Assembly (NCBI GenBank): GCA_009914755.4
Contig: CP068257.2
Coordinates: 33,440,001-33,504,000 of the forward strand
Direction: 5' to 3'
DNA from: the human T2T-CHM13v2.0 reference genome, Homo sapiens
Length of the DNA stretch: 64,000 nt
The notes under the pieces were generated by a model. The model searched no databases. It was not told the DNA's origin and was given only the letters and a program-made list of their open reading frames with translations. A program made the translations under genes and the position numbers. This document shows positions 53,846 through 64,000 of this stretch, piece after piece (position 1 is the first letter of the stretch; every line of letters begins with the position of its first letter).

Positions 53846-54999
53846 AAGGTTGGTGCAAAGTGCAGTTTTGCCATTGTTTTTAATGGTATATATATAGTTG
53901 GACAAGACATAGGGACTGAACTAAAACAAAAGGCATAATATGTCAACAATATTTGTGGAGATAGACTCAATATACCTTGGAAACTACAATTATGAGCACA
54001 AGGGTCTATGTGCGGGGATGAGACCAATCTAGAATCTGGGAGCTACGGATCTCTGTGACCTTGATATTAAAAGAGTGAATAGAGGGCAATTTGGAAAAGG
54101 TGAGAAATAATTGAGCTGTAGAGAAACATATGCATGGTTAAAGATACAGTTCTATTGCTTTTTTATTAGTAATTTCCATTTCTAGCTCCACACACTCACC
54201 CATCCACTCAACTGACCTAAAGTGGGAAGGATATTTCCAGCCTAATAAATCTCTGGCAAGAACAGCAGCTCTCTGGCAAAATACTCAGCACCTGCCATGG
54301 AAATTAGAAGGCATTGGGATGACAGTTGCTTTTGTTTGGAGGATGAACATCAGGAGTGCTTGAGAAGTGACAGTGGAACTGCTTCCCTCTCACCATGTCT
54401 GTATTTGGATGTACATAGAATGTTTTAACCATTCCTGAGGTCCCATCTCCACGTACCTGAGCCTCTGGGGTGCAGACACACACCTGTGGTTTTTTCTATT
54501 AGTCACTTCCTTGGTAGGCCTCCAGCTGGAAGGAGGAAAGGACAACGTTGGAAGCCAAAGTCACCGCTTTGATTCTGGTAACCTTGTTGGAGATGCTGCA
54601 CTCTGAAAACACAGTACATCCATTTCCAGAAAGTGAAGCCTGGAAAATTAGTGCCTAATCGATTTCATTCATAAATCCCCATCATGGCAGCTTACATGAC
54701 GTTCAAGGAAAAACTTCTCAAGCCTCTCCATTTAAAATAAATGTTAGCTTTTATAGTAACATTGAGCAAAAGATTTATGTCCATTTTCTTCACATTGTTT
54801 GACTTCTAAGTGTCTTCCCCCACTTTTCATCCAAGGTAAACTTTCAAAAATGTTTTCCTTGAGGCTGGGCCTGTAGGAAATAATACATAGTAATCCCAGT
54901 ACTTTCACTGGCTGTGTTTCTGTCAGGATCATCTAGTAAATTCAGTGCCTTTAGCAATCTTATCTCTTATTTAGTAGGAGATTAAAGAACACAGAGCCA

Positions 55000-55110
55000 A
55001 TTATCCTCATTTTCTGGATGAAAAGACTGAGGTACAAAGGAGTTTGAAGACTTAATGTGGTTGCCCAATAGCTAGTGCCAAGTCTGGGGAAAAAATTGAC
55101 TTTCCCATCC
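55000..55110 (-). mobile_element. Possible MIR fragment, antisense
   Basis: ..tcctcattttctggatgaaaagactgaggtacaaaggagtttgaagacttaatgtggttgcccaatagctagtgccaagtctgggg versus the MIR reverse complement ..ccccattttacagatgaggaaactgaggcacagagaggttaagtaacttgcccaaggtcacacagctagtaagtgg. Confidence 0.4.
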
Positions 55111-57406
55111 CCTAAGATGAAAAGGCAGCCTCTAGTTTTCCTGTGGTTGGGCACAAACATTGAGGAAGATAGTTAAAAACACTAAATGATCCTAAAATGC
55201 ACATATATTGAATTGACATAAGCTATGTGCAAATGCTGAACACATTGTATCTACCATGTAGAACATAATCTATAAAATTTAACTTCTGTTTTCCCAATCT
55301 TTACCTGAGTGTGCATTTTTATATTAACATTTAGGTTGGGTACTTTAATATACTTGAGTTTGAACACAGTAATATCACAGAGTGATTTTTTGACCTAAAC
55401 CAGAAATTATCTCTCCTTCCAGCTGAGCAGCTGAGCAACCTTCGTCTTCTGTAGAAGAAGGGAAGAACAGTCCTCGTCTGCTCGTTTATTGAGACAATTT
55501 AGAATCTGTGTTTTAAAATGGTCCATGTATACTTGAGTGTGTGAGGGAATAAAAGTGAATTGAAATATGAGGAACTGAGTTAACAATTGAGTTCATCATC
55601 TAGGAAGATTGATTCCTGGATCTGCCACTGCTTTTCTGGAGGTCTCTGGTGGATCACATCACCTGCTCTGAACCTGCCTTTCCAGTGGTTGAGGTTATTA
55701 TGATACAGGAGGTCTAAATTTCCTTTCAGCTACAGAGTTTGTTATGCTTTGGATTGTGTCTCTCCCAAATTCATACGTTAAAGTCATAACTCCCGGTACT
55801 TCAGAATGTGGTCTTATTTGGAGATAGGCCCTTTACAGAGGTAATAAAGTTAATATGAGGTCATTAGAGTGGCCTCTAATCCAACACGACTCATGTCTTT
55901 ATAAAAAGAAGGGGTAATTTGGACATGTAACCATGTGATGACACAGGGAAAAGATCATCATCTGCAAATCCAGGAGAGAGGCCTCACAGGAAATGACTGC
56001 TGCTGACATCTTGATCTTGGGTTTTTAGCCTCAAGCACTATGAGACAATACATTCATTTTGTTCAAGACACCCACGCTGTGGCACTTTGTTATAGCTTCC
56101 TTAGCAAACTAATACAGAGTTCTCTCATTCTACTCTGTTTAATTGTGTCATTACACATTTAGTACTAGTTAGTAGCATTTTTGTAAATGTTTATATGTAT
56201 GCATTATCTTACTGAACCCTGACATTGTGTGAGGCAGGAATTATTGTCCTAATTTCACAGGGATTAGACACTCCATTACAGTTTAAAGATAAGTAAAGGC
56301 AGGCTCTCATGTAATTTGACCAAACTCAATGTTCTGGGGGCAGATCTGGGTCACAAATAAGAGGGCTCTTTCCAAAATTCATGCTGTGTCTTCTATTTCA
56401 TGTTGCTTTTTGAAGGATCATAAGAGCTTGTGTAATTGTTATAATCAGAAAATACATGCTTAAAAAACAGAAATAGGGAAAGTTAAGGCAGCTCTCCTGA
56501 GAACTTAGAGAAACACTGTCTAAACCGAAGAAGTTGCGGGTATCATCCATGAATGGAGAAATACAATGGGAACTCTTTTCTCCTCAATATATCTCATTTG
56601 CTTGCTTATTTAGCCCAATTTGGCTGGAAAGATAATCGTTGAGGCCAAAATCCACAAGACAAAGGAAGACACGATCTTTCAGAGAAAAAAAAAATATTCT
56701 GAGTGAAATATTCCTGTTCGCAAACTGTTAAATGTGCAGCTCCAAGGAGCACCCTTTAATACATCAAGAAAGGATTTATTGTCCTCACAATGAGGAGACG
56801 GGGCACACATGCTGCAGGAAGGGCTGCAGGTTGGCAGAATGTTCTGGAAGGCAATTTGGCAGCATGTCCCCAAAGCCTCCATACCCTTTGATCCAGAGTT
56901 CTACTTTTAGGGGCTTATCCTACCAAAACAATGCAGTCCAAAGTGGGGAAAATATGTGTATGAGAATGTCCTGAGCAGCTCAGGTATCTACCTCAGTGGT
57001 CAGAAGAGGAGCATGAGGTGGAAGAAGAGAGCTAGGACTTGAGGGTGCCAGCACTGGGCACCCAGACTCAGGACTGACTGTCAAGCAATCATGGTGAATG
57101 TTGACATGGGCACATGTATGTCTAATAACACGTGATGGTGTTCATGACATATGTTAAATACTAACAGAAAACATAGTAAAAATAGTGTATGTCGTATGAC
57201 ATGGATATGTGTATCTATGTACATGTACACACATGTGCATCCATGTACATATCTGCACAGACATGTTTACATGTGTTTGTACACACATAAGGGGTAGCAG
57301 GACTCAAATGACACACACCAAATGCTGACTATGGTTGTCCTTGTATCATAAAACCATGAAAGATAGGTTTATTTTTTCCATTTTCTTTGCTTATATAGTA
57401 ATTTCT

Positions 57407-57706
57407 TTCTTTCTTTCTTTTTTTTTTTTTTTGAGACACAATCTCACTCTGTCGCCCAGTGCAGTGGTGTTATCTCGGCTCACTGCAAGCTCTGCCTCCT
57501 GGGTTCATGCCATTCTCCTGCCTCAGCCTCCTGAGTAGCTGGGACTACAGGTGCGTGCCACCACGCTTGGCTAATTTTTTGTATTTTTAGTAGAGACGGG
57601 GTTTCATCGTGTTAGCCAAGATGGTCTCGATCTCCTGACCTCATGATCCACCTGCCTCAGCCTCCCAAAGTGCTGGGATTACAGGTGTGAGCCACAGTGC
57701 CCGGCC
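57407..57706 (-). mobile_element. AluY-type Alu SINE, antisense, full length, with a (TTCT)n T-tail and a perfect 14-bp target-site duplication
   Basis: (ttct)n(t)n gagacacaatctcactctgtcgcccag..ggctcactgcaagctctgcctcctgggttcatgccattctcctgcctcagcctcctgagtagctgggactacaggtgcgtgccaccacgcttggc...tgtgagccacagtgcccggcc. Identical target-site duplication atatagtaatttct at 57393-57406 and 57707-57720. The gggttcatgccattctcctgc motif is AluY-diagnostic. Confidence 0.95.
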
Positions 57707-59060
57707 ATATAGTAATTTCTAAACTTCCTACAACATATATTTATCAATCTAGTAAAGAGAAATGTTTTTAATAAAGATTTGACCTGTTAATGTCTATAAT
57801 ATTGTCATGGTCATTATTTTTAATTTAACGTATCATCCAGGTCTTCCAAACTGTTGGATTCTTAGAGCTAATACCAATATTTGCTAAGAACATGAAGCAC
57901 TCTCTTATTTAACCTGGGCTGTCAGTCATTCTTTCTTTCTTTGATGCAGTTTGCCTTAACCCAAGTTCAGATGACATGAAAAGTCATTTGTATTATGTTC
58001 TTGGAAGCTTGGACAATTGTATTACTCACATTCTACATGTCCAGGGATAGCTAATGGTTAGTAGTTTTACTGAACCGTAAGGTCACCTCTGATGGAATAT
58101 TCATTGAGTACTGATACTATGTATCTTGTCTGTATTAGTAAGAGTTTTCCAGAGAAATAGAACTAATAGGATGTGTGTTTGTATGTGTGAGATGTTTGTG
58201 TATAAAGAGATTTATTATAAGGAATTGGTTCACATAATTATGAAGGATGAAAAGTCCGAAAATCTGCAGTTGGTAAGCTGGAGACCCAGGAGAGCTGATG
58301 GTATATTTCCAGTCCTAGCCTGAAGGCTATAGAACCAGGAGAGCTGATGGTGTAGGTTGCAGTTGAAAAGCTGGTAGGCTTGAAACCCCTGAAAAGCCAA
58401 TTTTTCGTTTTCAGTCCAAAGACAGGAAAAGACCAATGTCCCAGTTCAAATGGTCAAGTAGGAGGGATTTTCTTTTGCTCAGCCTTTTTTATTCTGTTTA
58501 GGTCTTCAATTGATTGGATGAGCACACCCACATTATGGAGGGCAACCTGCTCTACTCAGCCTACAGATTCAAATGTTAATCTTATCTAGAAACTTCTCAA
58601 AAACACATCCAGAATAATGTTTGACCAAATGTCTGAGCACTCTGTGGCCCAGTCAAGTTGACACATAAAATTAACCATCATATTGTCCAACATACAAATG
58701 TGTCTCAATGGGCATAAACTGTTGAACCCAAACCTCCTTAGGGGCTATTACCACTTGTCCTGTTAAGCTGGAAGACCCCATGGGCTGACTTACTCTTCTG
58801 TGGCCACTTCACGGGGTAGGTCCATAAGAGACCCTTGATAATATGGAAGACCAGGACTTAGTTATTGAAATGCACTTCTGTATATTTGCTCTGAATTAAA
58901 TTATATACAGCAAATGGACTCTATCAGATAAAAATTATAAAATGAATGCTTTAAATTCTCCACTGACTTTTATAAAATACTTCTCACTCTTTGGCTACCA
59001 GGTGATTTCGTTGGGTGTGTGCACAAATGCAAGCTCTTGCCACCATTAAATTGGCTATTT

Positions 59061-59236
59061 TATATATATGTGTGTGTGTGTATATACATATATATATACA
59101 CACACATATATACATATATATATACATATATACATATATACATATACACATACATACACATATATACATATATACATATATATACATATATACACACATA
59201 TATACATATACGTGTGTGTGTGTATATATATATATT
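59061..59236. repeat. Long compound (TA)n/(CA)n/(TATACA)n microsatellite, about 175 bp
   Basis: tatatatatgtgtgtgtgtgtatatacatatatatatacacacacatatatacatatatatatacatatatacatatatacatatacacatacatacacatatatacatatatacatatatatacatatatacacacatatatacatatacgtgtgtgtgtgtatatatatatat. The ORFs at 58984-59333 are artefacts of this repeat. Confidence 0.9.
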
Positions 59237-60439
59237 CTGCTCAGATTCAAATTCCCAAAAGCTGAGGGGTGGAGCTATTTACCTGCTTTCCCCCTGGGTG
59301 TTCCACCCTAGACACTTTGGCATTAAGAAATAAATGCTAAGGTACAGAGTTGGTTGTTTGGTCCTGAATTCAAGATTCTGTCCTAGCTCAACTCTCAAGT
59401 TTGAAGGATGGTGGCTCTCTCAAGGCAGAATTGGAACCAGGAATAACATCCACACATGGGGGCTAGGAGAAGTGACTTGGCTAAAGAAGAGGACATGCCA
59501 GTAGAGAGATCTAACCCAGTGTCCAAGCCATCTTATAATCTTGCCAACTCTGGAAACAGCCAGTTCTGGGTTTCCAACCTGAAGGCAGATCACCGATGTA
59601 GAAAATCCAGTGGGCTGAGGACTGGAGTGTGAGGCTGTGGTCACCAGGAATAGCTGTGCATGGATAGTAGGATCCAAGGTGAAGGCTGGGACAGAGAAAT
59701 GTAAGGCAGCTGTCCAGGGAAGGGCTCAACTGTAGTATGGCAGGGATTCAGGTCTAAATCCAGCCTAGTGGTTCTCAATTAGGGACTATTGGGCAATGTC
59801 TGGAGACATCTTGGGGCATTACAACTGGGATGATTGGCATCTAATGGGTGTCATCCTACAATGCACAAGATAGTATCCTACAGTAAAGAAGGATCTGTCC
59901 TCACATTTCAACAGTACCGAGGTGGAAAAACTCTGGTAACCTTCTAGGTTGGGACAGCAAAGACCTGGGCAGGCAAATATGGAAGGGCAGGAAGGAGAGC
60001 TGGGTCTGGGAGCAGATCAGCACCCTGAAAGCCACCACTGGCAGCCCCACATGTGGTCTGATTTGCAAGAATGAGCACCAAGTGGCAGGAGCCCAGTGCT
60101 GAAAATGGGGTCATGATCATGGGCTGAGCTTGGGGTTGTTTCTTGTGAAGACCCACAAGACATGAAGAAGGAAAATGAATCTTAAGACATGCCTCTTGCC
60201 TCAGGCAGGGATGACTCAGGTTGGGGTCAAGGTGAATGGTGGCGCATCACTGGGAGGCCCATTGAGGGGACATAAGAGAAGACATGGGCAATGGCAATGA
60301 GGCCTGAAGTCCCAGAAAGGAGCATGCAAAGACTTCCCATGAGGGACATTGGAAGAACTTTTCCTTTTCCTTCCAGACAGCCTCCCCTTGCATAGGTTAT
60401 CTGGGAAAGGAATGGACTGTGGTGATAAAGAGCATGTGC

Positions 60440-60950
<511 letters not shown>

Positions 60951-63900
60951 CTGTGTGGGTCCACTTATAGGCAAATTGTTTTCAACTAAACACAAATTGA
61001 AAATACCTGTGTGTGCTGAGGACTGTCTTCATACAGCAGGTTCTGAAAGCTTGACTGTGGAACTTGAATATGAGCAGATTTTGGTATATTGGGGGTACTG
61101 GAACCAATCCCCTCAGTATACCTTTATTTGCAAAGATAAGGGTAACAACTATGATATTTATAAATATATATATATATATTGCACACCCACCCATGAATGT
61201 AATATTTGTGAATATATATTTTCATATTTGTAAAGATGAGATGTGATAACTGTGTTTCTTAGTTTCTCAAAATAGATACTAGTTTATTTTCCACCTCTTA
61301 AAATTAAACATCTTGTGAAATTGAAACAAGAAAAAAGAAAAGTTTTTTGCTTCTGCTGTCCTTTTCTCAACACTCCCAGGTTCCCAGGGCTATGAGAATT
61401 GGGGTCAGTCACACCTTTCCTGTAGGGATAGCACAATGAGTGGGCTGTGGTCAGGGGTGTTGGTCAAAACTGCCTTGGAGTAATCCCGAGGACATATTCC
61501 TCCCTCCTCCCCGACTCCAGCACTGAAACAACACTCAGCTCAAAGAGTTTAGGTCAGACTTCCTATGTCCAGTCTGCCTCCCCATATCAACTTTAGTTGC
61601 TTGTCACAAAAACATTTTGCTCACAAAACATTCCAAAATGCGCAGGTTAGAGCAGGGATTTACAACCAAGGTAGTGTGAACCGCCATCCTGGCATCTGTA
61701 TTGAGTGCAGCTAATCAGTTACAAACGTGCACACTCACCAAACACAACTCTGTACCTCAAATGTGGGAAGGCCCCTAAATCCTATATCCAGCATATGAAG
61801 AAAATAAAGGGAAAAGCAATCATGCTGAGATGTATAATAAATCAGCATGACTTTGTTTTAAAATTTTGCTAAAGTTTAAACATGCACCGGGGAAGGTGTC
61901 TATTAATAGTCATTAATATGCATAGAGATCTTCACATATTTCACTCACTAATGCATGCCAGAATTTTTCTTTTCCTGCTGGGATTTTTCCCCCAACGAAT
62001 TTTTCTGTTGAGATTGTGCTTCTTAGAAAAAGATAAGGCAAATGTGGTTGAGCAAGTTGGACACTGGACACTTGACTGTGTGTGATGACTTCACTAATAA
62101 TTCTAGCTTGATTAAAACTGGTAATCTAGAAAGTGAATATAGTATTAAGAATTAGGCTTAGAGTTAAACAGCCAATCTAAGAGAATTGCAAATGATTTCT
62201 TATTGCCTATCAAGATTCAAATAATGCTCAGAACACTCATGGCTACTGGGTTTTTGTTGAAAAGTGATAGCTCTGGGTATGAAGAAAAGGATGACCTCAC
62301 ACACATCTTTCATCCCTGTGGCCTTGGGAAGGAAATCTTCAGTTGGAAGGTTTTTAGGCTACAAATAACATGAATGAGTAGAGTCGTAGCCCTTGTTTTT
62401 TCCTTTGTGATTTACACTGCAATGTTCTAAGGAGCGAGCAATGACCTTCGACATCCACATGGCCTTATTTTACAGGGGAGTTGAGAGCCACTGAATTTAT
62501 GTCCTTGTTTGAGCTTCCAAAACCAATTAGCATCAGAGGCAAGCCTTGATCATGCGGCTCTTGGTTCTCACTTCTGGGCTCCTTCCCTCACCCTGGGTGG
62601 GTCCCTTCTGGCAGAGACATCTGCTCTGGAGCATTCATGCCTAAAGAGTGACATGACATTTTTCAGCACCTATTACGGCCTGAAAACTGGAATCCATTGT
62701 GATGTTAAGATGCTGCACTTTGTGCCAATGAGTCTTTATTTCCCACTTTGCTTTAACTCAAACCTTGTGTGATACTTCCAAATGTCTGTCTCAATCCACT
62801 CTGATCTTCAACACCAGCAAGTTCCAATGGGAGATTTTAATTCCCAGTCTGCTCTTGGGAAAAGGATAAAAATTAATTCTCAGGTTCCTCTTCTCCCAGT
62901 CCATGTTTGAAACTGGAGATGCAAGTGGTACTCACACAATTAACCTTCTTTGTGACCATCTCTCCCAACGCCAGCTTTGCTGTCAAACTCTCTATACAAT
63001 TCAGTGCAAGAAACACACTATTGTGGGGATCCTATATAAGACGGTGGATAGGAGTCAGGACTAGCTTACAGCTCCCATGGGACAGACAGAGCAGTGTGTG
63101 GAGACTCACATCCCAAACTTTTGCTCCAAGAATGACCACAGAAACATGCCAGGAAAGCCGAGAGAATCCATAGACCCTTCAAAGGAACTGGGTTCACTAC
63201 TGTGGGCTCCCTGAGATGCTGAAAAGCAAGTCTGCTTGCTTTCTCAGAAGGGAGGCTTGTGGTGTGGGGCAAGTTCTCCACCCAGGTCACCAGCTGCTTG
63301 GAAATAGACTGGGTGCTGTTGGAGGGGGATGGTGGGAGTGAGACCAGCCTTTAGGACTGCGGGCTGTGTGGGAGTAGGGTGAGGCCTGTGATTGCTGGCT
63401 TTCCCCCACTTCCCTGGTGACCTGCACGACTCAGCAGAAGTAGCTATAATCCCCCTGGGAATACAATACTCCATTGGATTGGGAACCGCACCCTCATCCC
63501 CCACAGCAGCCATAGCAAGCCCCGCCAAAGGAGAGGCTGAGCTCAGACAAACCTATCCCTAACCCCACCTGGTGGTCTTTCTCTGCCTGCCCTGGTAGCT
63601 GAAAACAAAGGTCATAATCTTTTGGGAGCTCTGTGGCCCTGCCCACAGCCTGAGAAACCTGAACACTTAACCAGGTGTCCCTCAGACAAGATTGTATCCT
63701 CCCTATAGGACTGCAGCTAATGTACTCTTGAAAGTGCCACCCCTTGGCTGGAAGCCAAGCAACATAAAACCAGCACACTAAACAAAAACATAACCAAGGA
63801 CCCTGACATAGTCCACTTCATTCCCCTGCTACCTCCACCAGAGCAGGTGCTGGTATCCATGGCTAAAAGACCTGAAGACAGATCACATCACAGGACTCTT

Positions 63901-64000
63901 TGCAGACACTCCCCACTATCAGCCCGGAGCCCTGAAGCTCTGCTGTGTGGCTAGACCCAGGAGAGCAAAAACAATCACTACAGTTCAGCTCTCAGGAAGC

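Overview
This window is primate (human or a very close catarrhine relative) nuclear genomic DNA, not a prokaryotic or viral locus. There are at least ten Alu SINEs with recognisable A-rich tails and target-site duplications, including one AluY-type copy. There are also several L1 3' ends, both young primate-type and ancient L1M-type, at least nine ERVL-MaLR solo LTRs (THE1, MST and MLT1 types), several MIR SINEs, probable L2 remnants, and many CA, TA, TC and homopolymer microsatellites. Roughly 40-50% of the window is interspersed repeat. I see no convincing protein-coding exon. Every six-frame ORF of 60 aa or more either lies inside a repeat (Alu, L1 ORF2 remnants, microsatellites) or is low-complexity chance ORF in AT- or GC-skewed unique DNA. 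The window most resembles an intronic or intergenic (gene-desert-like) stretch. The non-repeat content of possible functional interest is limited to a small CpG-enriched block (~7.69-8.13 kb), a GC-rich unique block (~15.3-16.1 kb) and an enhancer-like unique block (~13.4-14.4 kb); I cannot assign function to any of them from sequence alone. I found no evidence of a novel 'biological system' here. The interesting content is repeat architecture: nested insertions that give a relative chronology, a young TSD-perfect AluY, G4 and C-tract motifs, and candidate regulatory islands.
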